Source: Isurus oxyrinchus
Lineage: Eukaryota
Direction: 5' to 3'
Length of the DNA: 64,000 bases
NCBI GenBank assembly: GCA_026770705.1
Contig: JANJGN010000071.1
Coordinates: forward strand, 2,232,001 to 2,296,000
The first letter of the stretch is position 1. Every line of letters begins with the position of its first letter. Shown here in pieces: positions 25,511 through 36,429 of the stretch. A program made the position numbers and the translations under genes. Below the pieces are notes generated by a model. It made no database searches. It saw nothing but the letters and a program-made list of their open reading frames with translations, and had not been told where the DNA came from.

Positions 25511-26428
25511 AGTGGGGGGTGTTCGTGACCATCAGTGTGGAAGGGTTAGGTTTACAGGTTACACAGACCAGACACACACCAACAGACACACACACACATG
25601 TAAGCACGCACATTCACACGCACATGCTCACACACACAACACACACACGCACACACACACGCACACACACACACACACACACACGTAAGCACGCACANNN
25701 NNNNNNNNNNNNNNNNNNNNNNNNNNNNNNNNNNNNNNNNNNNNNNNNNNNNNNNNNNNNNNNNNNNNNNNNNNNNNNNNNNNNNNNNNNNNNNNNNNNN
25801 NNNNNNNNNNNNNNNNNNNNNNNNNNNNNNNNNNNNNNNNNNNNNNNNNNNNNNNNNNNNNNNNNNNNNNNNNNNNNNNNNNNNNNNNNNNNNNNNNNNN
25901 NNNNNNNNNNNNNNNNNNNNNNNNNNNNNNNNNNNNNNNNNNNNNNNNNNNNNNNNNNNNNNNNNTGTGCAGAAACGCAAACACACACACACACACGTGT
26001 GAGTTCCCTCTCCTCGCTCAGGGCTGCACTGGAGTCTCGGTGTCAGCTCCAATTCTGTGCTGAAGGAAGGTAAACTCCAGATCAGCAAGACCCTGAATTG
26101 GATGAGCAACCTCCTGAACAGAGAATGGTAGATTTACCCCTCAGTGCTCCATCGATCAAATACAATTCATTGCCTGTCAAGCCCTTGGGGACATCCTGAG
26201 GATGTGAAAGGCAGTTTCTTTAAATCTGGATGGACAGGGTCTCTGGTGGGAGAATGCTCCTGCAGTGTGACAGTTTACATAGGCAGTGCCCATTGTAAAT
26301 GTGACATAGGAACTTATCTTGAGAGAAGGTGCCTAGAAATGCACACAGGCATCAGTTACAGCGAGATGATACAGGAAGTTTTGCTGTGCACTGTGTTTGC
26401 TCACATTAAAATCTTTATATATTTTTAG

Positions 26429-26710
26429 ATGGACCACAGAATCTCTCAATTAATTCTCTTGATATGATTAACGCTTCATCGGTCAATATAATTGAGGGGA
26501 ATTCTGCAGTGATAATCTGCTCTGTCGAGAGCTTCCCAGCTTCTAACCTGACGTGGCGACATCTTAATGTCCCAATGAACAGAACAAGTTCCAACAATGA
26601 GCTGTGGTTGGTGATTCCTCACGTTACATCCAGGGACACTGGAGACTATCAGTGTGTGGCAGAGAATGAACATGGAGCAGTGGAGGGATTCATAACCATC
26701 ACTGTGGAAT
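26429..26710 (+). CDS. Gene B C2-set exon 2
   Basis: 282 nt, TTTTAG/GTGAGT; DGPQNLS...EGNSAVIICSVESFPASNLTW...DTGDYQCVAENEHG. Confidence 0.92.
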
Positions 26711-26769
26711 GTGAGTGTGGAGATACATTTGTTTGTTTGTTGTCTCCGTGGTCTCCGTGGAGCCATTGG

Positions 26770-27040
26770 GATCGTGTTGTTTTTAATCCAGTTTTCTTCA
26801 ATCCTCGCTCAGTCCACGTTATCCACACACCCAATTTTTCCTCTCCCTTTCTGTTTTTGCTCTCAGTTTCTCCTTCAATGGTTGTGAGGACAAGGCTGTC
26901 AGGTCTTCGTTTCCAATCTCCGTACTTGATGAACTTTCTCTCTCTAACTGTCCTGAACAACCCTTTTAATTGCTGAACGTCTCCTCTTGATCTAAGCCAC
27001 TCATTGGTCTTTCTGTCCATCCAGCTGATTCTGAGCATCT
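26770..27040 (-). mobile_element. RTE-like LINE 3' fragment
   Basis: LRISWMDRKTNEWL...IEG motif. Confidence 0.6.
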
Positions 27041-28260
27041 GGCAGCATCTGTGGGGAGAAAGACAGGGTTAGCGTTTGGAGTCCGTAAGACTCCTCTTCA
27101 GAGCTAAAGGGAAGTAGACATGTGGTGAAATATATCCTGTCTAAGGGGGGGCGATGGGACAGGTGGAGCTGGATAGAAAACCAGCGATAGGTGGAGGCAA
27201 TGGAGAGATTGTGGAAGATGTCATAAACAAAAGGTCAAAGGGTTGTTAACAGTGGTGGTATTGGATAAAGGAGGTGCTCATGGTGACATTAAGCAGAGTG
27301 TGATAATGGGCGGACCAGGGTAAGCACTCTGGAAAGAGACAGATGGCCCTCGTGGGGGTGTGGAAGGGGGAGGGGACAGTGGAGGGAATAAAGATCGAAA
27401 ATAGACTAAAATCTGTGGATAAAACAATCAATAAAAATGGAAATGAATTTCAAATAATAATAATAAAAATAAGTGGAAAAAAATTAACAAGTAAAACAAT
27501 TAAAATGTATATATTAAAAAATCGGGTCAAAAAGCAGTGAAGATCGAGGAGAGAGTTCATGATCTGAAATTGTTGAACTCAATATTCAGTCCGGAAGGCT
27601 GTAAAGTGCCAGGTCGGAAGATGAGGTGCTGTTCCTCCAGTTTGCGTTGGGCTTCACTGGAACAATGCAGCAGGCCAAGGACGGACATGTGGGCATGAGA
27701 GCAGGGTGGGGTGTTAAAATGGCAAGCGACAGGGAGGTCTGGGTCGTTCTTGCAGACAGACTGAAGGTGTTCTGAAAAGTGGTCACCCAGTCTGTGTTTG
27801 GTGTCTCCAATGTAGAGGAGACCACATTGGGAGCAGCGAATGCAGTAGATTAAATTGAAGGAAGTCTGCATGAAGCGCTGCTTCACCTGGAAGGAGTGTT
27901 TGGGTCATTGGACAGTGAGGGGGGAGGAAGTAAAGGGGCAGGTGTTGCACCTTCTGCAAATGCATGGGAAGATGTCATCGGAGAGGGTTGAGGTGCTAGG
28001 GGTGATGGAGGAATGGACCAGGGTGACCTCGAGGGAATGATCCCTATGGAATGCCAACATGGGGGGGGGGGGTGGGGGGGGGGGCAGATGTGGTGAAGGG
28101 AAGATGTGTTTGGTGGTGGCATCATGCTGGAGTTGGCGGAAATGGCGGAGAATGATCCTTTGAATGAGGAGGCTGGTGGGGTGAAAAGTGAAGACAGGAG
28201 GGACCCTTACATTGCTCTGGGAGGGAGAGGAATTTGCAAGGGGGGATGCGCGGGAGATAC
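27040..28260 (-). mobile_element. Penelope-like element 3' part (GIY-YIG endonuclease)
   Basis: NLIYCIRCSQCGLLYIGDTKHRLGDHFSEH...PVACHFN...EQHLIFRPGTLQPSGLN. Confidence 0.88.
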
Positions 28261-28586
28261 ACAATCTCCAACTCTTTCTCAACCATTAAGATGCTCCTTA
28301 AAACCATTAAGACACACCGTTAAAACCTCCTGCTTTCAGCGAGCTTTTGCTCACCTCTCCTAATATCTCCTAATGTGACTCGGGGTCAGATTTTGTCCGA
28401 AGGAGGTGAGAAATGATGGAGGGAATTCCAGAGGTTAGGGTCCAGGCAGCTTAAGGCACGGCCGCCAATGGTGGAGAGATGGGAATGGGAGAATGTGCAA
28501 GGGGTCGGAATTGGAGGAGCACAGAGATTTCGGAGAGCTGTGGGGTGTGGGGATTACCTGCTGATTGTTCTCTGTCTTTGTTCCAG

Positions 28587-28862
28587 ATCCCCCACAGGAG
28601 ACGATGGTGTCCATCAGCAGATCCTCAGGTGGGATAAGAGAGGGAAGCAATATCACATTAACCTGCTCCAGTGAAAGTGTCCCACCGATATCTCATTACA
28701 CCTGGTTCAGGATCGAGGGGAACACCAGCACCCAGTTAAACACAAGTAGCCGCACTCTCTCCTTCACTCCTGTAACACGGGAGAATGATGCAGGTTTCTA
28801 CTGCACAGCGAGGAACCCAATGGGTAACAGCACCTCCAACATCACCCACCTGAACGTACAAT
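28587..28862 (+). CDS. Gene B C2-set exon 3
   Basis: 276 nt, TTCCAG/GTAAGC; YPPQETMVSI...EGSNITLTCSSESVPPISHYTWF...DAGFYCTARNPMG (CD22/sialoadhesin-type repeat). Confidence 0.92.
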
Positions 28863-28989
28863 GTAAGCATTTTACTCCCCCTGTCTCTGCTTAAAACTCA
28901 AACACTTTCTGTCTGAGGGCAGCTTCCTTGCTGTTGTTTAGCATAACTAGCATCACCTCCCTGCTTTTTTCACCCTGCGCCTCTCCGAG

Positions 28990-29825
28990 ATACATAAGGA
29001 GATATCAGAACAGGGACTGAAAGCTCAGAGAAAGAGGCCAGATTTTAAGGAGTGTCTGAAATGAGGAGAGAGATAGACATGGAGAGGTTTACGGTGGGAA
29101 TTCTAGAGCTCGGGGCCCAGGCAGCTGAAGGCACGGCCGCCAATGGTGGAGCGATAGGAATCGGGGGATGGTCAAGAGGCCGGAATTGGAGGAACGCAGA
29201 GACCTCGGAGGGATGTAGATGCTGGAGGAGGTTACAGAGATAGGGAGGGTTGTGGGGTCTGGAGGAGGTTACAGAGATAGGGAGGGTTGTGATGGCTGGA
29301 GGAGGTAACAGAGATAGGGAGGGTTATAGGGGCTGGAGGAGGTAACAGAGATAGGGAGGGTTGTGATGGCTGGAGGAGGTAACAGAGATAGGGAGGGTTA
29401 TAGGGGCTGGAGGAGGTAACAGAGATAGGGAGGGTTGTAGATGCTGGAGGAGGTAACAGAGATAGGGAGGGTTGTGGGGTCTGGAGGAGGTTACAGAGAT
29501 AGGGAGGGTTGAAGGGGCTGGAGGAGGTTACAGAGATAGGGAGGGTTGTAGATGCTGGAGGAGGTAACAGAGATAGGGAGGGAGTAAGGAGGAATTTGAA
29601 ACGATGTAAATTTTAAAATTGTGGCATTGTCGGACCGGGAGCCAGTGTAGCTCAGTGACCAACAGGGAGTGATGTGTGAACGGGACTCGGTGTGAGTTAG
29701 GACATGGGGACAGCAGAGTTTGGGATGAGCTGATGTTTCCGGAGAGTGGAAGATGGGAGGTCAGGCAGGAGAGTGTTGGGATAGTCGAGTGCGGAGGTAA
29801 CAAAGGCAGGAATGAGTGTTTCAGT
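28990..29825 (-). mobile_element. L2 LINE 3' fragment with 37-bp minisatellite (29215-29585)
   Basis: Reverse complement of the 3060-3480 type sequence. Confidence 0.75.
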
Positions 29826-29892
29826 GTTAAGATTCTATCTTACGCTCTAACTTTGCTATGACGTTGTCTCATTGTTGTCCTTCCCTCCTCAG

Positions 29893-30186
29893 ATAAGCCG
29901 GAGATTTCCCAGCAGTCGGAGTGCACTCGGAGGTCAGAGGGGGTCACCTGCGTCTGTGTGGCCAACTCCAACCCACCCGGAGACCTCACCTGGCACCTGC
30001 CCAGTGCCAACATCAGTGGTAACCAAAAAAACGGAGGTTTTGTGTCGTGGCAGGTCAGAGATGGGCATCTGGTGACTGGTTCCCTCACCCTGATGAGACC
30101 CCAGGATGAGGGGGGAGTGATGGCATCCTGCTCGGTTCAAAACCCACACGGGGAAGCCATGTTCAAGATGTATCTGTGGGTCAAAG
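29893..30186 (+). CDS. Gene B membrane-proximal C2-set exon 4
   Basis: 294 nt; YKPEISQQSECTRRSEGVTCVCVANSNPPGDLTW...SCSVQNPHG; C-x8-CxC pattern of MAG domain 5 and the last domain of Siglec-5/10/11. Confidence 0.9.
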
Positions 30187-31070
30187 GTGAGAGACTCGCT
30201 CAGGATCGATCTCCACTCAGCTGGATTGATCCCTAAACTCGAGAATTCCCTCCCTCAACCTCTCCACCTCTCTCTCTACCTCCTCTAAGATGCTGTGTAC
30301 AACTGACCCCTTTGACCAAGCTTTGAATCGCCTGACCTCATGTGACAATGGCAACACTTGGTCAAATTGGAGCCAGGCCGTTCAGGGGGTGATGTCAGGA
30401 AGCACTTCTTCACACAAAGGGGAGTGGAAATCTGGAACCCTCTCCCCCAGATAAGCTGCTTCATTGGGTGCAAGACAGAAAGCTTTGACAAAATGTCCTT
30501 TCTCAGCAATACTCAGGTTCTCCTCCCAAACGATAAAATATTATATATAAACATTACATAGATTACATCGAGAAACATTTTATATAAATGTTACATAGAT
30601 TACATTGATAAATATTATATATAAATGTTACATAGATTACGTTGAGAAACGCAACAGCTGATTTGTGCAGAGCAAGATCCCACAAACAACAGTGTGAGGA
30701 TGAGGTGATAAATGATTATTTTAGTGATGTTAGTTGATACATATATATAGAAATTAAAGATATAATTACACATTTAGTGAGGGAAACCTGTCCATTTTAA
30801 CAGGTCTGGGTGTATATGTGACTCCAGTCTCAGACACCATCATGGTTAACTCTTACCTGCCCTCTGAACTGCTCTCCCAGTTTGGGACCAACCAGTGGTT
30901 CAGGAGGAAGACCCCCCACCACCTTCTCAAGGGGAAACTAGGGATGGACAATAAATGTCAGCATTGCCCGAGAATGAGTATTTAAACACTGAGTGAGTGT
31001 ATCGCTTCTCGAGATACATCGGAGCATCATTGTAAACCTGTAGTGCAGTAATTAATGGCTGTTTTTACAG

Positions 31071-31167
31071 GTAGAGACTCCAGTAAATGGACAGTAGGAT
31101 TGTTCACGGCTGGGATCATGTTGAGTGTTTTCCTGGCTGGAATCTTCATCTTCATCTGTGTGAGAAA
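31071..31167 (+). CDS. Gene B transmembrane exon (uncharged)
   Basis: TTACAG/GTAAGT, 97 nt, phase 1-2; GRDSSKWTVGLFTAGIMLSVFLAGIFIFICVRK. Confidence 0.9.
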
Positions 31168-31890
31168 GTAAGTCTGAAGATTTAACTTGATTTTAATATA
31201 AACATTTGTTTAGGATTAATTGGACAGTTTTTACAAAGGGCCAGCACAGGCACGATGGGCTGAGTGGCTTCCTCCCGAGCTGTGAGATTTTAAATTCTTT
31301 CATCGAATGTGACTGTCACTGGCGTGGCCAATACTAATTGCCCATTCCCTAAATGCCCCTTGAGAATGAGGTGGTGAGCTGCCTTCTTGACCCGCTGCAG
31401 TCCATGTGGTGTAGGTACACCCACAGTGCTGTTAGAGAGGGAGCTCCAGGATTTTGACCCAGCGACAGTGAAGGAACGGTGATATATTTCCAAGTCAGGA
31501 TGGTGAGTGACTTGGAGGGGAACTTCCAGGTGGTGGTGTTCCCATGTGTCTGCTGCCCTTGTCCTTCTAGATGGTAGAGGTCGTGGGTTTGGAAGGTGCT
31601 GTTGAAGGAGCCTTGCTGAGTTGCTGCAGTGCATCTTGTATATGTTACACACACTGCTGCCACTGTGTGTTCGTTGTGGAGGGAGTGAATGTTTAATGTG
31701 GTGGATGGGGTGTAGATCAATCGAGCTGCTTTGTCCTGGATGGTGTCGAGATTCTAGATTCTGTGCTTTGTGCAGAAGTGATTTAAAGAGACAGTCCAGT
31801 CATTGGTGTAAGGTTACAGTGGGCTCTGTGTCTGTGCTGCACTGACTCTTTGCTATGTGATAACCACAGTGTGATATTGTGTTATTGCAG

Positions 31891-31972
31891 GAGAAAGACA
31901 GCGATGGAGGAGAGAGTTTCAGGGACCAGTGACATTGCATTGACCCCCAGTTCACTCTCTGTGAAGCACCAG
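31891..31972 (+). CDS. Gene B cytoplasmic exon 1a
   Basis: TTGCAG/GTACAG, 82 nt, phase 2-0; RKTAMEERVSGTSDIALTPSSLSVKHQ. Confidence 0.85.
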
Positions 31973-33024
31973 GTACAGGAGCTGTTTACACTCACTCCAA
32001 AGCTTCAATCTCAGTGTGTAGACAACACATGTCCCAGATTCCCTGCCCAGTTACCCACTGATTTGTACCTGTGGAGTCAGCAATGGTTCAGTATCATGCT
32101 GTCTCTCTGTTATGACACAGCAACTGGTAAAGGCTGTTGTTTAAAAACCCAGAGGGAAACTTTAAACAACTGTCATAACCTATACTTCCCAGTGGAATGT
32201 TTGAGATGCATCTCTAAATTCAGGAATAAGACCACCAGTTCTGGAGATGGGTTTATATCAAACTAAATGAGACATATATTAATTTACACAAGTTAAACAT
32301 ATGCACATGGTTACAAACTAGTATTATCATAACTTTTTAACAAATTCTCAAACTAATCTCCTCTAAGACAACCCATAGTCTTTAAGCAGATTCCAGGCAT
32401 TTTCACCTCACAAGTTCCAGTTTCTCTCTCTATCTCAACCTCCCTTTCTTTCTCTCTCTTTCTCTCTCTCTCATCCTCTCTCTGATTACAAGGTGCATGT
32501 TAATGAGCTTCACACCAGAAACTTGAGTGAAGAATCCAAGCCGTCACTCACCAGAGCCATTACCGAGGGAGTGCGAGACTGACAGCGGGTCAGTACTGAG
32601 GGAGTGCTGTACTGTTGGAGGGTCAGTACTGAGGGAGAGTTGCACCGTCGGAGGGTCAGTACTGAGGAAGCGCTGTACTGTCGGAGGGTCAGTACTGAGG
32701 GAGCGCTGCACCATCGGAGGGTCAGTACTGAGGGAGCGCTGCACTGTCAGAGGGTCAGTACTGAGGTTTTTGCTGCGCTGTCGGAGGGTCAGTACTGAGG
32801 GAGTGCGAGACTGACAGAGGGTCACTATTGAGGATGTGCTGCACTGTTGGAGGGTCAGTCCTGAGGGAGCACTGCACTGCCATAGGTGGTTTCTTTCATA
32901 AGACATGGGAGAGAGAGTTAAACCCACTGAGACACGACTGACATTAACGAAGCTGCACAATAATTTAACCCTATCAGTGCCAGTAAATGATGTGAGGATG
33001 TCTTCTGTTTCCATTTCTCTGTAG

Positions 33025-33273
33025 GGTAAACAGAACGTGCTGATTACTGAGCCCCGGAACACAACCAGAGACACAACTAGCGAGGGGGAGACCCCAACTC
33101 CCCGGGGTCTCTCTGAAGGTGCAGTGGGAGGCGATGCTGGACTTGGGAACCCCGGCAAACCTGAAGAGTTTCTCTACGCCAATCCCCAAGTTTTGAGGGT
33201 GTCCAGTGGTGATGGGTCTGTCCACAGGGAAGAGGAGACGGAATACGCACAGATCAGGTTTGAGCATAACTGA
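33025..33273 (+). CDS. Gene B terminal cytoplasmic exon 2a (degenerate ITIM FLYANP + ITSM TEYAQI)
   Basis: CTGTAG acceptor, 249 nt to TGA; AATAAA at 33798-33803. Confidence 0.85.
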   Translation, partial: GKQNVLITEPRNTTRDTTSEGETPTPRGLSEGAVGGDAGLGNPGKPEEFLYANPQVLRVSSGDGSVHREEETEYAQIRFEHN

Positions 33274-34420
33274 ATGAGAAATGGGGACTGGGAGTGAGGA
33301 GGAGTGGGCGTGGGGGTAGGGATTGAGATTCCTGGGAACAGGAAACAACCCACTGGGGGAGAGGGGGAGAGAGGGAGGAAGGGATGGAATTGGGCTACGG
33401 TTGGTGTGGTTTGGAATGAAATGCTTCTCCAGAGAGGACTGGATGCTGAGCCATTGGGGAGTGAGATTCACTGTCTCTCTCTCTCTCTCTCTCTTCCTCT
33501 CTGTCTCTCTCTTTCTTTCTGTGTCAGTCTCTCATTCTCTCTCTCTTGCTCCTCCTTTAAGATGACCGTTAATGACTGACTTTGATGACTCAGCTGTTGG
33601 TCTCCTGTCCCTAATATCTCCTCATGTGCCTCAGAGTCAGGTGAAATGTGACTAACAATCCCCGGATGAGCCTTGGGACATTTTGCTACATTGAAGGTGC
33701 TATATAAATGCAAGTTGTTGCAGTAACTCTGATCTGCTTCTATTAACAATGGAACCACAGAGGTTCCTTCGACAGGGCGTGTGTGCAGCAGGGTCACAAT
33801 AAATACATTGAGCTGTGAGATTTTTCATTCTTACATCGAATGTGGCTGTCACTGGTGATGTCCGCATTGATGCCAATCTCTAACTGCCCTTGAGAAGGTG
33901 GTGGTGAGCTGCCTTCTTGACCCGCTACAGTGCATGTGGTGTAGGTACACCCACAGTGCTGTTAGAGAGGGAATTCCTGGATTTTGACCCAGCGACAGTG
34001 AAGGAACGGTGATATATTTCCAAGTCAGGATGGTGAGTGACTTGGAGGGGAACTTCCAGGTGGTGGTGTTCCCATGTGTCTGCTGTCCTTGTCCTTCTAG
34101 ATGGTAGAGGTCGCGTATTTGGAAGGTGCTGTTGAAGGAGCCTTGCTGAGTTGCTGCAGTGCATCTTGTAGATGGTACACACACTGCTGCCACTGTGTGT
34201 TCATGGTGGAGGGAGTGAATGTTTAATGTGGTGGATGTGGTATGGATCAATCGGGCTGCTTTGTCCTGGATGGTGTCGAGCGTCTTGATTCTGTGCTTTG
34301 TGCAGAGGTGATTTAAAGAGAGAGTCCAGTCATTGGTGTAAGGTTACAGTGGGCTCTGTGTCTGTGCTGCACTGACTCTCTGCTATATGATAACCACAGT
34401 GTGATATTTTGTGATTGCAG

Positions 34421-34502
34421 GAGAAAGACAGCGATGGAGGAGAGAGTTTCAGGGACCAGTGACATTGCATTGACCCCCAGTCCACTCCCTGTGAAACACC
34501 AG
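34421..34502 (+). CDS. Duplicated cytoplasmic exon 1b
   Basis: Near-identical to 31891-31972 with the same phases; RKTAMEERVSGTSDIALTPSPLPVKHQ. Confidence 0.8.
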
Positions 34503-35991
34503 GTACAGGAGCTGTTTACACTCACTCCAAAGCTTCAATCTCAGTGTGTAGACATCATATGTCCCAGATTCCCAGCCCAGTTACCCACTGATTTGTACCT
34601 GTGGAGTCAGCAATGGTTCAGTATCATGCTGTCTCTCTGTTATGACACAGCAACTGGTAAAGGCTGTTGTTTAAAATCCCAGAGGGAAACTTTAAACAAC
34701 TGTCGTAACCTATATTTCCCAGTGAAATGTTTGAGATGCAGCTCTAAATTCAGGAATAAGACCACCAGTTCTCAAGATGATTTTATATCAATCTAAATGA
34801 GACATTTATTAATTTTCACAAGTTAAACATATGCACATGGCTACAAACTAGTATTATCATAACTTTATAACAAATTTTCAAACTTATCTCCTCCAAGACA
34901 ACCCATAGACTTTAAGCAGACACCAGGCAAAGCATTTTCACCTCACAAATTCCAAATGAGGCTCCTTTCACTTTGGTTCCTTTGCAGACAAGTGTAGGAT
35001 TACAGCTGCTTTGCTGTTACAAGCCTCTGCTCTGCACACACAAAACTGCACAAGTTATACCCAGCTCTTGAGTGTGAAGAAGATGGAGATTGATGGGCTC
35101 TTGATTGGTAAAGGGATCAATGGTTAGGAGAGAAGGTGGGAGAATGGGGTTTGTGAAACATATCAGCCATGTATGAATGGTGGAGCAGACTCGATGGACC
35201 GAATGGTCTAATTTCTCCTCCTATGTCTTATGGTCTTATGGCTTCTGTTTGAAGGTAAATTCGCAATGTATCATCAGGACCTTTGAACTCCATCTCTTCC
35301 AATCCCCTTTCATCGTATCAATTTTATTAGTAATATAAACGTTGATTGGTTTAAGATTTCAATCTCAGACTTTGAATGTTTTATTTAAAAATACAAATTA
35401 CCACTTTACCTCTTTGTTTACATCTCAAAACTACTATACATCAAAGCACACAGACTGGCTGTCTTTAATCCAATTTAAATACACACAGACACACACACAG
35501 ACTAAACCTCTGTTTAAAAAGACAGTTTGCATTTATAATACAAACATTAATAGATTAATAACACTCTGTCTCTATCCCTCCTCTATCTCTCTCTCTCATC
35601 CTCTCTCTGATTACAAGGTTCATGTTATTGATCCTCACACCAGGCACCTGAGTGCAGAATCCAAGCCGTCACTCACCAGAGCCATTACCGGGGGAGTGGG
35701 GGACTGACAGCGGGTCAGTACTGAAGGAGTGCTGCACTGTCGGAGGGTCAGTACTGAGGGAGTGCTGCACTGACAGAGGGTCAGTACTGAGGGAGCGCTG
35801 TATTGTCGGAGGGTCAGCACTGAGGGAGTGCTGCACTGTTGGAGGGTCAGTACTGAGGGAGTGCTGCACTGCCATAGGTGGTGCCTTTTATCCGATAGGA
35901 GAGAGAGAATTAAACAAGTCTGCACAATAATTTAACCCTATCAGTACCAGTAAATGATGTGAGGATGTCTTCTGTTTCCATTTCTCTGTAG

Positions 35992-36240
35992 GATGAACAG
36001 AACGTGCTGATTACTGAGCCCCGGAACACAACCAGAGACACAACTAGTGAGGGGGAGACCCCAGCTCCCCGGGATCTCTCTGAAGGTCCAGTGGGAGGCG
36101 ATGTTGGACATGGGAACTCAGACAAACCTCACGAGCTTCTCTACGCCAACATCAACTTTTCAAAGCTGCCCGGCGGTGACAGGACTGTGCACAGGAGCGA
36201 GGACACGGAATACGCACAGATCAGGTTCCAGAAAAACTGA
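35992..36240 (+). CDS. Duplicated terminal cytoplasmic exon 2b (ITIM LLYANI + ITSM TEYAQI)
   Basis: CTGTAG acceptor, 249 nt to TGA; ITIM/ITSM pair as in CD33-related Siglec tails. Confidence 0.85.
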   Translation, partial: DEQNVLITEPRNTTRDTTSEGETPAPRDLSEGPVGGDVGHGNSDKPHELLYANINFSKLPGGDRTVHRSEDTEYAQIRFQKN

Positions 36241-36429
36241 GTGTGAAACAGGGAGCGGGGCTGTGGGGTGTGTGCAGCCAACATGGCCAAATAGTAATGA
36301 ACACAAATATGATGTTGCTCAACTTTTTTTTATTAGTTCTGAGTGAGCTTTCTGAATGCTGCACCTTTTTCCATGCTGTAAAAGATTGTGAGAAGCTTAT
36401 GAATTATGTATAATGTTACATCTGTTAAT

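Larger units (their letters stand above)
31277..36240 (+). repeat. Tandem duplication of the post-TM intron + two cytoplasmic exons (unit 1 from 31277, unit 2 from 33809)
   Basis: Both units start GAGCTGTGAGATTTT and share a LINE 3' piece, exon 1, an LTR fragment, the 33-bp array and exon 2. Confidence 0.88.
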
